Source: Curvularia clavata (Eukaryota). Taken from it: DNA of 64,000 bases. The DNA is taken from assembly GCA_023920165.1 (NCBI GenBank), contig CP089280.1, positions 2,356,001 through 2,420,000 of the forward strand, written 5' to 3'. The notes beneath the pieces are model-generated. The model ran no database searches. It saw only the letters and a program-made list of their open reading frames with translations, and was not told where the DNA came from. Below are positions 35,986 through 48,825 of the stretch, piece after piece. Position numbers and translations under genes: made by a program. The first letter of the stretch is position 1; each line of letters opens with the position of its first letter.

Positions 35986-38900
35986 ATGCCCCGTCCTACA
36001 TTTACCAGCAGGCTTTCGGTCCCCCAACGCCTCAAGCGTTCCTCCGCCGCATACTCGCCCTCGTCTGCTCCCAATTCCGCCCCAACCTCTGTGCCCGCCA
36101 CTCGCAACAGCAGTCCCCGCATCCGCGCAATGCCCGAGCTGCCCGCCGCTCAAGGCCTGGTGTTGAGGGTCAACGTCATCAAGGGCAGAGACCTCGCTGC
36201 AAAGGACCGCAGCGGCACGTCTGACCCAGTGAGTGACAATCTACCACACCTGCACATACAAAACACACGCACAACCCACTGCCTGAAATCCAAGCTCCGT
36301 CTCTAACTCGCCCGCCCCAGTACCTTGTCCTCACACTTGGCGACGCCAAAGTTACCACGCCCGCCATCAACAAACAGCTCAACCCAGAATGGAACGAGAC
36401 AGTCGAACTGCCCATTGTCGGCGATCAGAGCCTCCTGCTCGAGGTCGTCTGCTGGGACAAGGACCGCTTTGGCAAGGACTACATGGGAGAGTTTGACGTC
36501 ATACTCGAGGACCACTTTCAGAATGGCCTTGTCCAGCAGGAGCCCCAATGGTTTCCCCTCCAGGCCCGCCGCTCGGGCAAGAAGAAGTCGGTTGTTTCCG
36601 GCGAGATCCAGATACAGTTCTCTCTCCTCGACCCTCAAAACCCTAGCGCGACCCCCGAACAGATTCTACAAAAGTTCTTAGCCATTGCAGGCCAAACTCC
36701 CAGTCCCGACGAAGATGAGGAAGAAATCCTTATGCGCGGCGATAGCAATGGCACCGATGCCGAAGAAGACGAAGAATCGAGCTCCGACGAGGCCCAGGAC
36801 GAGTCCAAGAAGGCCGAGAAGAGGGAGAAGCGGCGCAAGAAGCTCAAGATGGCGCGCCTAAAGCGAAAGATCAAAGGAAAGACCAACTATGCATACTCAA
36901 GTGGTGGTGATTTGGCCGGTGTTCTCTTCCTCGAGATTCTGCGATGTTCCGACCTCCCACCTGAGCGCAATGGTAAGTACGCTGGTTGCCTTCACAAACA
37001 CACATGCTGACTTGTCATCTCAAGTGACACGAACCACATTCGACATGGATCCCTTTGTTGTGACGTCACTCGGAAAGAGGACATATCGTACCAAAACAGT
37101 CAGACACGACCTCAACCCCGTATTCGAAGAGAAACTCGTCTTCCAGGTCCTGCGCCATGAGACCAACTACTCGGTCAACTTCACCGTCATGGACAAGGAC
37201 AAGTTCTCTGGCAACGACTACGTCGGCACAGTAAACTTTCCCCTCGAGAAGGCGGTTTCCACAGCTCCCCAAGAAGATCCAGAGACAGGACTCTACAAGC
37301 TCCCTGAACCATCAGATTCCCCTGGTGTCTCTCCCTCGGATGGCAATTCAAAGAAATCCCGCTTCCGCATCCCAATATCCCGCTCCGGATCTACTAACAG
37401 CCTTTCTCGTTTGAGTCGGCCATCCCTCAAAAAGGAGTCGTCGACTGGCTCGCTCTCCGTACAAGATGTCAGCGGAACCCAACCTCCCTCGCCCGGTGCT
37501 CCGCCAAACGCCATGACTGATTCCAACGGTAACCTTGCTCCCGGCAACATGATCAACATCCAACCATCGGCTGTCGATGACGAGGATTTGAAGTTGTACA
37601 CCCTTCCTTTGGAGTTGAAGCATCAGGAGCGCTGGGAGAACAAGCACAACCCTACGCTTGACATTCGTGCCAAATACCTCCCTTACAAGGCTCTCCGGCA
37701 ACAATTTTGGAGGGCCATGCTCAAGCAGTATGATGCGGATGAGAGCGGTTTGATCGACAAAGTCGAGCTGACTACAATGCTGGACACGCTTGGCTCTACC
37801 CTGCACGAAGCTACCATTGACAGCTTCTTCGAACGATTTGCCGAACGACACAACGGAGACCACCTGCTCACATTTGACGAAGCTGTCATTTGCCTTGAAG
37901 ACCAGCTGCAAGCCACCGAAGCAGAGAACGCCAAAAAGAACGAGTCTCTTGCATCGGGCTCGCAAACACCAATGACTTCTGGAATGCTCACCCCAATCAA
38001 TAAGAACAGTTCCACCACTTCAATTCCAGCGCTCGAGACTAGCGTTCTAGGCAAGGAAGGCGAAGAAGGGGCCGAAATCCAGATTGACGATCTGGCAGAT
38101 GACAAGGGCGAGGAGCATGTCATTGAGATTCGCGAATGTCCCATCTGCCACCAGCCCAAGCTTAATAAGCGGTCGGATGCTAACATCATTACTCATATTG
38201 CTACGTGTGCAAGTCAGGACTGGAGACAAGTCAACAACATCGTCATGGCGGGATTCGTCACTTCAAGCCAGGCTCAGCGCAAGTGGTACTCCAAAGTCAT
38301 CACCAAGATCTCGTATGGTGGTTACAAGCTGGGTGCAAACTCGGCCAATATTCTCGTCCAGGATCGTCTTACGGGTCAGATTAACGAAGAGCGCATGAGC
38401 GTTTACGTCCGCCTCGGTATCCGTCTGCTTTACAAAGGTCTGAAGGCGAACAACATGGAAAAGAAGCGAAGTAAGCCAAGCACCTCGTTTGGGATTGAGG
38501 AATAAAAAGACTAACCATTGACAGTTCGCAAGCTTCTCAAGTCGCTCAGTTTCAAGCAAGGACGGAAATATGACGACCCCGCGTCTGCATCGGAGATTGT
38601 GCCCTTCATCAACTTCCATCAGCTCGACATGTCCGAGGTGCTGCTGCCAACGGACCAGTTCAAGAACTTCAACGAGTTCTTCTACCGGGCACTCAAGCCG
38701 GGCGCGCGCCCATGCTCTGCGCCTGATGACCCAAGAGTAATTGTATCACCTTCCGATTGCCGGACAGTGGTCTTCAATACCATCGACGCAGCACAGGCCA
38801 TCTGGGTCAAGGGTCGCGACTTTACCATTGAACGCCTGCTTGGCGACGCTTACCCGCAAGACGTAAAGCGCTACCATGGAGGCTCACTCGGCATCTTCCG

Positions 38901-39499
38901 CCTTGCGCCGCAAGACTACCATCGCTTCCACATCCCTGTCGATGGAGTCTTGGATGAACCCAAGACAATCGAGGGTGAATACTACACTGTAAACCCAATG
39001 GCTATTCGCTCAGCTCTAGACGTATATGGTGAAAACGTCAGAGTCCTCGTCCCCATTGACTCTGTCGCACATGGCCGAGTCATGATAGTTTGCGTGGGAG
39101 CCATGATGGTCGGTAGTACCGTCATTACACGCAAAAAGGGCGAACAAGTGAAGCGCGGCGAAGAACTGGGCTACTTCAAGTTCGGTGGCAGCACCCTGCT
39201 ACTCCTTTTCGAGCCTGGCCAAATGCGGTACGATGAGGATCTTGTAGACAACTCCAACTCTGCTCTGGAGACTCTGGTAAGCGCCCCTATTTCTACGTTG
39301 TATCATGTCACTCCTGCTAATACCCCGCCAGGTCCGCGTTGGCATGTCCATTGGCCACAGCCCTAACAGGCCAGCCCACGTTCCCGACATGCGCAAAAGC
39401 AACCCCACCAATGAAGAGAAACAGGATGCCAAGCGTCGCATCGAGGGTAGCCTTGCGCCTGCTGGCGTCAAAGGGCCCATGCCTGGCGCTGGTATGTAG
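35986..39499 (+). CDS. PSD2: Phosphatidylserine decarboxylase 2 (C2 domains, EF-hand-like segment; multi-exon)
   Basis: C2 (LAAKDRSGTSDP|YLVL; DMDPFVV), DADESGLIDKVEL, FNEFFYRALKPGARP, RLAPQDYHRFH, self-cleavage motif FKFGGST. Confidence 0.93.
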
Positions 39500-40090
39500 A
39501 ATAGATTGCGTTAGAGCGTGCAGGAAAAGAATGCACAAAAAGGCACGGACAAGCTTGGATGTTCATACATGTTTCCGGCGGTGCACTTGGCGTAACGAGT
39601 TTACGATGGAATGTAAGCATACGGATCAGCGGCGTGGGTAGTCGCTTTTTCTCGGGCGTTTGACTAAACTGGGTGTTCCTGGATTGTGGCGGGCGAGACT
39701 CGTCGTTCTACAAAGAAATACACTGTATTACTATCATGATATGCACGTGCTCACCTTTGACGCGCGCTGTGGGGAACGTTAGCCAAACGGTCACGTGCTG
39801 GCGCTAGTCCCGAAATCATTGTTTTGATGATGCTGGCGGCAGGTGCACACACCAACTTCCTTGCTCCGGCCTGACGACCGTTCCCCTCCACGCCCGTCGC
39901 CTAAGGATATTCGCATTACCACCTAATCATTACACACGCCCTACCCGTAATCGGATCGTATTTTGGGTCGCATGTGAATAACCCTCACTTGCGCCCCCGA
40001 CTTTACCGGACGATAGCTCATCTGGCGGCGCCCATGCACGCGCTTTGACCGAACACCAACCCTCTGAACCCCGTGACACAGACTGGACTC

Positions 40091-41909
40091 ATGACTACCA
40101 TCTTTGCGCGCTCCCCGCTGCAATCGCTCCCTATGGCCACAAACCGACCGACTACGCGACGAAGGAGCGCAAAGCAAGCTTTCGAGGACGATGATGCGCC
40201 GGCTGTACAGAAGCGCCCACGGACGGAGGTGAATGGGGCGAGCAAGAAGGCGACCACGGCACCAAAGAAGACAGCCAAAGCTGCCGCATACGACGAGGAC
40301 GATGACGGATTTCAGTTTTCGCGTCGTACATCACGAAGGACCACGAATGCACCCCAAGCGCTGGAACCAGAGCCCGTACCCGTGGAAAAGAGCGCGAAGC
40401 CAGCGCGTCGCAAGAAGCAGTCAATTGCGGCAGTGGACCCAGAATCGTCAGACTCGGGAAAGAGGCGAAGATCAGCGCGTATATCTGGGGACAGGGAGCA
40501 GCTGGAAGTGCGTCCGAAACCCAAGGAGCCAGCTGCAGCCAAGTCGCGGACAAAGAAGAGTGCACCTGCAGAAAAGGAGAGGCAGAAGAAGAGGCACTCG
40601 AGCCCAGCTCCGGAAGTGCAACCGAACGATACCGCGTACGCCGGCGTGCAAACACCTACGCACAATGAGCTCCAGATTGCGAAGAAGCGTGACCCAAACG
40701 CACAAAGAATTATGCTGCCTTTTGCAGATACGCCAGTCATCACACGGAACAAGGAGATGCGAAAAGGGAACAAAGACGGACACCGGAGGAGCAGCACAGG
40801 CTTGCGCGGGAGAAGAGCAAGCTCTCTGATAGATAGTGGTCAGTCGAATGGTGAGTCTGGACAGATTGCGCATGCAATTTGTGCATGCATAAGCCATTGC
40901 GCATCTTGCGGGAGGCATATGCTAACACGTGCGTAGCGCTACCACATTCTGAAGTTGAAGTCCGAGAGTTTTACAAGTACATCGAGCAAAGTTTACCCGA
41001 ACCCCGGCGAATGAAACAACTTTTGACATGGTGTGGGTCGCGAGCGCTACCAGCCAAACCGTCAGGCGATGTTAAGAATGCGAGTGCGATTATGGCCGGT
41101 ATGTGGGAGACAAGGTACAAGATTGGGAATAGAGGGGCTAACTGGATTCCAGCACGGGCGATCGAACAGGAGCTCATTGACGATTTTGCCAGCAAACCGG
41201 AGTTATCAGATTGGTTCAGCAGAGTACGTTATGCAGACGTTGCTAGGGGGAATTCCAGATTGACAAGTGTACAGGAAGAAACTGTGCTGCAACCAGTGGT
41301 GAAGAAGCCGAATCCGCAAAACGAGAAGAACAAAATCACATTAGAAGAGCTGGAAGCTGAAATTAGACTGTGTGTTTGACCCCGCAGGATACAAAAGACA
41401 TCGAGTACTGACTTGGAAACAGACTTGAAGAAGAAAAGGCCGCATGGGAAGCCATAGCCTCATCCTCGAAAACCATACCTCCACCCCCCGCACCGTCAAT
41501 ACCGACATCCACACCTCTACTATCCGACATTGACATTTCCTTCCTCGACCCCGACCAAGCCGCCATCCTCTCGACCCTCCAATCCTCACAACAACCATCA
41601 CAAGCACCACAATCAACACCGCAACCCCCCTCGTCCGCATTCACATTCACATCACCAACAACATTACAATCGCACCTCTCCTCGCTCGCAGACTCGCTAG
41701 AACCCCACATCGACATCTTCGCAGACGGCGTCCACAAAATCGAGCAGTACCGGCAGACGGCCGAGCGCGTGGCAGACCGCGTGCTGGGCACGGCGGCAAA
41801 GCGGCTGGAAGAACGGGATAGAGAAGCCAAAGCACGCGTGGGGACGCAAGGCATTGGCGTGGGTGATGTGCTGAGGGGTTTGGCGGGTGTGCTGGGGGGT
41901 GAGCAATAA
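40091..41909 (+). CDS. DSN1: Kinetochore Mis12-complex subunit Dsn1/Mis13-like (multi-exon)
   Basis: Basic disordered N-terminus with RRSSTGLRGRRASSL, then LPEPRRMKQLLTWCG, LSDWFSR, KKPNPQNEKN and a coiled coil. Confidence 0.78.
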
Positions 41910-42418
41910 GATCACTTTTTCTTTCCTTCTGAAGCCTGCCTTTTTGGCGCGAGAAGAGGGAAGGAAGGAAGAGAAATGAAAGAGTTAACGTTTTCGACTG
42001 CCTGCCTGTTTGTCTGCCCATCGAAAGATTTGAAGGGGGGGTTTTTTTTTGGTTGAAATGCCCCACAATCCACACTTTGTGGTATGAGAACGAATCTATG
42101 CGGAGTTTAGTTGTCCTTTTTCTTAGAGTCTCTGGCTCTTTCTCAGAGGCTAGTAGCCAAGCAAGCAAGCATTGCGATAGGGCGTGTTTTTTTTTTCATT
42201 GCATGGGAAATGGAAATGGGTTGTGGCATCAGCATTTGGGAAAAGAAAGGACATGATTATACCTATACCACTGTTTTATTTTTGTTCCATGTAGATTATG
42301 TGATTCTCTTTGGAATCACTCGCTTACGCGAAATCCATCCTTCACATCCCACTACAACGATAAACTTTGCCCACACTCATCATATAGGAGTGACTTGATA
42401 AAAGCGTTGAGAAGGAAC

Positions 42419-44058
42419 CTAATTCCCTACACACCACACCGCCAGCCTCGCAATCTCATCCTCGTCCAAATCCAACACGAATCCCATCGTCAGCCGCAAA
42501 AACAACAGCCGTTGCTCGAGGTAAACCAGGACATCTACGCTCGACTCGACGAGCTGCTGTGCTGTGCGGCCGAGCAACTGAGCCCAAGCTTCGTCCGAGA
42601 GAATGAGTTTGCCAGAGCTGATTTGGCCCGTTTCGTCGAGTACGGGGCCGAGCTATGTAGATTTTCCCCCAAATCAGTCCCTTTTGTTCCAGTTGAAAAA
42701 AAAAAAGTGGTATAAAGGGGGGGGAAAGAAGGGACTTACGATTTTCGGATTTATACGCAAAGGCACCATCTTACCGCAGTGTTTACAATTCATACTCAGA
42801 CTGTTGGCGAAGAGAGGTGTACCACAGCATTCGTTGCTCATGAGCATGTTGCGCTTGAATGGGGTTACAATGTTGAGGCCTGTGATCAGGACGCTGAGGT
42901 ATCCGACTATCTTTTCTCTAGTGTACGAGTTGGATAGCGAGCGAGCGACGCCATCGACATCGGCGAGTGTGTACAGCGCCTTCACACTTGCGTTTTTGAA
43001 ATCCTGGATTGTAGTGGCGGGGATGGTGAAGGGGGGGTTCACGTGCTCCCGCTTTGTGAGTCGCTGGGCCATGGCACGGAGACGCCGGGCGTCGCCCATG
43101 TCTGGGTCGATGTCTACCCGGGAGTCGCTTGTGATGGTTAGTTTGGCGGTCTTGTGGCCGATGCGCCAGCCGGGAGTCGAGATGAGGAGGATGGTCTTGT
43201 ACGGTGTGAAGTGGGAGGCGGAGTCGCACATGGACGAGTACAGGGTCAAGAGGCCTTCGGATGTGTCGTCGAAGATGTTGATGGGAATGAGTTCGGAGGT
43301 CGTGCCGTTGCGATTCATATCTGGTTTTGTCAGTTTGTATACAGTCGGAAAGGTGTACGAGTATATAACGTACACTTTGATCTTACTCCGATACTCTTGA
43401 CACAGACAAGCAGCTTAGGCGCTTCGACATCGTATCCGCCATTCGTGAAATTCATCAGCGTCATAAGCCTAGCCAGCGGCTTACTCTCCCTTACACCATA
43501 CGGCCTCTTGAATCTTGTTCCATCATCACTACTCTCATGCACTGCAAAATGGCAGTGTCTCTCGCCTTCTGGAAACATGCTTGTGAACAGTGGTGCGGTG
43601 CTAGGTGCAAGAGCATTGAACTCCGAGGAATTTGAAATATGCACTGTCCATATACTAACGAGTAGGCCTAGCCTCAGCTTGTATTGAACATCAGCGTACC
43701 AGAGACGTACTGTAAGTACCCCCGTGTCGTCTGCGATCATAACCTTGATGCATCCCTGGGCTGCCTTGTGTGACTTGTTGGGTCGGACTTGGTCGTTGAA
43801 GTTGACCACGCGGCCCATGAGAGCAAGATGGCAGGGACCAGGTTCAAGAGAGCCCAGGTCGGCTTCTTCATAGTCAATCGTAGGCTTCAAGGTGTTAGCT
43901 ACGGATCGAGACTAAGTGTTGTGATCAAGTACCGTCCAGATGCTTCCTATGTTTGCTCCTGTCAGGGCAACAGCAGACTGCATCTCCCCTGCGGTGAAAC
44001 CATCGCTATTCTTAGCCGGCGAAGGCGAAAAGTAGGATTCAATTGAGGAAGATGGCAT
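42419..44058 (-). CDS. OB-fold nucleic-acid-binding protein (RPA1/MEIOB-like; multi-exon)
   Basis: OB-like segments LMGRVVN...IADDTG and IFDDTSE...LTLY, a CxxC-type Zn motif (ECCG...CKHC), C-terminal VLDETG. Confidence 0.65.
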
Positions 44059-44486
44059 TCTCGGACGTGAGGTGGGCCAAATGGAACAGAGATGCTGAGG
44101 TGAGGATTGGCAGGAACGTTCCTTCCTCTTACGACCACCTCGACAAAACAAGCGTAGTTGCCTGACAGAAATAGTGCTATGAATCTGTAACCCTTGAGAT
44201 AATGTGGCTGCGACGGCCCCTATTGGAATCGATCAACAACATTATGGAGCGGGCATCACGGTTTAGGAGGGCAACAATGCAGTCATGTGATTGTTGGATA
44301 ATAGAGGCAAAAGCCACAATTCACATATGGAGACAATTGATTTGAAAACAAATTTTATATTGCTTTAACGAGAGTAAAGAGTTGGTCAAGCTAATCACAA
44401 ACTCAAGTAGCCGAGTAATCCATTAGATCAGTCAAATAGCCCTTGCACACGAGAGGTCTCATACTACGGACACCTGAAGCAGATGC

Positions 44487-46197
44487 CTAGAACAGCTTGT
44501 GCTCCAGGGTCATGTCATTCTCAGGTTCGAGACCAACGCAAGCACGGAAGATGTTGGTGAGAGCCGCACGCTGCTTAGCAAGAGCGTTGACGACAGGAGT
44601 GCCAGGTGGGGTGAGAGGGGCCTAAGGCGGGTCAGTTAATCGTCGAGCACGTAAGTGTGATTGACATACCTTGAGCATGTAGCTGAGAACGCTAAGCACG
44701 CTGTGGAAGTTGTTGAACTTGGCGTCGCTGCCTTCAGCAGCCTGAGCTCTCCACTGCACACGGGTCATCATCTCAGCGACGAGCACAAGATCGATGATCA
44801 GAGGCGAAGCCAAGAGAGAGTCCTCGCAAACATTGAACAAGCTGATGGTCTGGTGGCCGTCAAGGAAGATCTCGGCATAGTACTCGTCGAGAGCACGCTT
44901 GTCGTCGCCAACAGCAGGCATGTACTTGATGACGACACAGTGGTCAGGGTGCTCGCCGTCCTTGTACAAGACATTGTTGGCAGCGACCATGTCGTCGACA
45001 ACATTGGACTTGGAGATCTCCTTGGAGCGGAACTGCTTCTGAGAGCTGAGGTTCATACCATCATTGTTGCCCAAATGGTTATATGAGGCAATTGAGGTGA
45101 GCTTGATACCAGCGTTGATCATGAAGTCAACTAGCGCAGACTTCATCTTGGTCTGGCCGGACTTGAAGTCATCGCCACCAATGAAGGCGTTGTGCTTCTC
45201 TGCGAGCTCAATGGCACCAGGAACAAAGGTGTTCTGGGGAGAACCATTGATGAACGGGACACCTTCAAGGATCGAGGCAACGGCGAAAACGGTCGAGGGA
45301 GCAACCTCCTCATGACCAGATTCAATGGCCTTGAGCAGGTTGTCCGCAGTGTCGTTGACGCCCTCGAGGATCGAGGCATAACGCTCAGTGTTGGCGGTCC
45401 ACTGCACAATCACCTTGTCGAGGCCATTAGCAGCCTTGAAGTCACTATGAAACTGTCAGTAACTCCAGGCATGTTGTGTGAAACTGTTCGACTTACCGGA
45501 TGTCCTTGCGGATCTGCTCAACATGGGCCATGGAAGCCTTGGTGCCCTCCAGAACGTTGTCGGCACGCTCCTCCTGGTTAGCAGCGATGAAGTCGGGGTA
45601 GTAGATGCTGGGAAGAGGCTTCATGGCGCTCATCTCCTTGCGGACCAGAGACTTGAGAGAGGGAGACAGGACCTTGGCGCGGTCCATGGCATCAGCCAGG
45701 TTCATGCCGCTGATATCCCATCCGCCAACGACGAGGTCATTTGGGTGGACCATGGGCAGGAGATCATGGAAGGGGATGTAAATCTCCTGGCCAGTCTTGC
45801 TGTCAACGCCGAGTTTGGTAGTTGAGCCCATGATGACGGAACCATAGTAGTTGGCCGCGCGCTTTCCCTCCTTGGTTTCCCAAACAAGGTTACGCTTGTT
45901 AGCAATGATACCGGCCGTGACCGTGGTGCCGTTGTTGCCGCCCCAGCCTACCAGCATGACACCGGTCCTGGGGATCTTGCGATCAACCTTGAAGTCGTAG
46001 CGGGTTTCCTTGGGAACGGCAACATAGTGGCCGTCGTTGTTCTTGGTGACATCAGTGGTGCGGTAGACATACTTTGTCTTGATGGTATCCTCGGTGTACT
46101 CGACATTAGGCGAGTGGACAACAAAAGGAGCCTTGGGAGTCGTCTTCACATCAAACCCATTCGCGTGGCCAACGCTTTCTTCTGCGTGTGGTGCCAT
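44487..46197 (-). CDS. INO1: Myo-inositol-1-phosphate synthase
   Basis: [50 protein letters not shown]; ends LEHKLF*. Confidence 0.97.
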
Positions 46198-48825
46198 TTT
46201 GGTGATTCAAGTTCTCGTCGAATTGATGATGAACTTAGTTGCGGAAGTCTAAATCCGACGCTGCCCCAGATGGAGAAGTGCGTCGGCCGGCGAATGGGTT
46301 GTGGATCCTGTGGAGTGTTAGTGAGAACCATCCCCACGTCGTGAAGGCCATCCCCACGGGGTCGTGGAGGGGTACTTACGAGCTGAGGAGATTGGAAAAC
46401 GTCTTGACAGCTGGGCAATGGCCCGGGGGAAATTTGGGGTGAGGTTGGTGAGGGAGAGAGATTGTAGACTGGTCAGCAGGCTGTGAGCTACAATGAGAGG
46501 GAGTTGTTGTGGTGAGGTGGGAAGGAGCAAGGGCGCAATGTAGTCATATAAATGCCCTCGTGCCGCGGCTGACTTATCCAGAACCACCCGCAGTCGCTCC
46601 CGCCTGCAGCCGGCCAGCGTGTTCTTCCACCGCCTCTTTGTCTCTCACCTCTAGACTCTCCACTTTTCATACTCGCGGTTCTCGCCGTAGTCCTGTTGAG
46701 GTGTAGAAATCACCAATCGACGCACCGCACGAGGCCTCGCGATATTCGCCATGCGCCGCTACTCCTACCGCTAGTCCGCGGCAACGCGCCAACAACCTCA
46801 CGCGGTTTGGCGACGATGCAAGCTACGCGGACAAGAGTACGATACGAGCCCAAAGAGACGATGCCTTGCATGGACAGCTGTCGCTTCGCTACTGTATGCG
46901 CCACAATGGAATCCTGCAGCAAAGATGGATGTCTGGTAGTCCTCTTGAGTACCCCACCATCACGTGCTCTATCAACGCGGCATGTGCTCGATGGATGTCC
47001 CGGCACACCTGGCCGCCTTATGCCTACAATGGCACAGGCTTCTCGACGAAGCCTCAGGCTATAAGCCAAGGCCTTATCGCAGCGGTTCCCGACCAAGTTT
47101 TATCAAAGAGAACAAAAGACCGAGTCTTCTCCAGCTTCCTAGTACCGCAGTCGTCCTGTGCCAAATGTTGTTTCAAAGCTCGGCCGTGTCGCCAGTGAAG
47201 GGCAAAGTTGGCACACGAAACGTGATCCGCGTCAAAAATGTTTGCGCGACGGCAGAGGCACGCGACATGGTTGGCAGAAAAATTTGTCGACGGGGGGTAA
47301 AAGTGGGCGCTGTGCAAGATACGACTTTTGCCGTCAGACAATGTTCCAACGTGCAGAGTGTCTTGTGTACACCGACGAAGTCGTCACCGAACCGCGTTAT
47401 TAGCCGTCTGCGAAGCAGGTGAACAGGTGTGGGGCCAAGAGGCGCGAACCCTGAGTCCGCTTGCAGTAGAGCCGGATACGGTAGGCTGCATGTGGAAATT
47501 AGCGATCGACCTTGTGAGCCCATGCACTCGTGAGGGTAGGGTAGGGTAGCATAGGGTAGAAGAATGGGTGCGGCCGTGAGCAGCATTTGCTGTTTGTGCA
47601 TGCATTGCTTTTTTGCTTGCGCCATGGGACGATTCGAAACATCAAGCAACGTCACGGCGATCTGATCAGAAGGATTCCACGTTTTCTCTCCCGTCGACGC
47701 AGTGTCATTACGTCGCGGGCACAGCTGTGGACGAGAAACTGTTGACGTAGCGAAAGGGGTGCTTTAGCTGCCAATAATCTACTGGCTGCAACGTAGATCG
47801 GACAATTGGCTGCGATGTCACGTATAGCCAATCACCCCGGCGACTAATGCCGTCCCCTGATGGTTCCATGGCGCAGGGACAGCATGCGAACAGGGAGCCT
47901 CAGGCACCGACTCGTCAGTACACTCAGTCAGTCAGTCTTCGGTCGGTTCTACACGCCTCGCAGTCCGGCCGCGTTCTCTACTGACATCAAACAAAGAACT
48001 AACCATGCTGCCGGACCCCATACGCCAAACCCAATCATGGCCATAGTGCTTACACTTGACACCACATGGCCGGCACAAGACAGGTTTCATGACACCGCAC
48101 TTGAGGTGGGTGTCGACGGCGTCGATAGTAGCCATGGCTGGAACGGCGACAACCGCACGATCCTGCCAAGTGCAAGCTCCCGCCCCGTGCGCGCCAAAGG
48201 AAATGCCCGCCGAATCAATGACCCGCATGCACTACAACCACCACTGCGCCCAATTCCACGCCTCCGCGAATGGCATGCTGAAGCCCGCGATGCCTCCCCC
48301 GCGGGCGTCCGAATGTGCCGGGGACGAGTGGGCTTCTGTCGTTGATTGCCGACGAGCGTTGTCACCTGTCGCGTGTCGCCATATATGTATGGGCCATCGA
48401 AGGAATTCGTCATTACCGCGTCTCCTGATTGCTTTGTATTAGCCTCGCGATACCCAACATTGCGCGTGTCGATTGTGGGGCCCTGCACCCTCTAGGACTA
48501 CTATATGTGGACGTACTAACCACTTTCCAGCCGCTGGCATTCTAAGCTCGTAGCCTTTTCGGAGCCATGCCCGCATGCTGCCCCTGATTGAGCAAGGTCC
48601 ACACCGTTTCTGAAGATCAAACAGCCCTGTGTGTGTGCGTCCATTGTCGTCGTTCGGCGCACGCGTCTTGCCGTCTTCGACCATCATCCGCAGACCTTGC
48701 TCTTCTTCCATGTCACCATCTTTGAGTCGTACCAACAAACACCCACTGGTTGTAAAATATCCCATAACTGACTCCGGCACCGTCTGCCCTGATATCGTTC
48801 CTTTGAACGAGCTCTAGATGCTACC

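Noticed and set aside
35986..46197. PSD2 and INO1 as a phospholipid gene cluster
   Set aside because: Separated by unrelated genes; no shared motif seen; proximity alone is not evidence.
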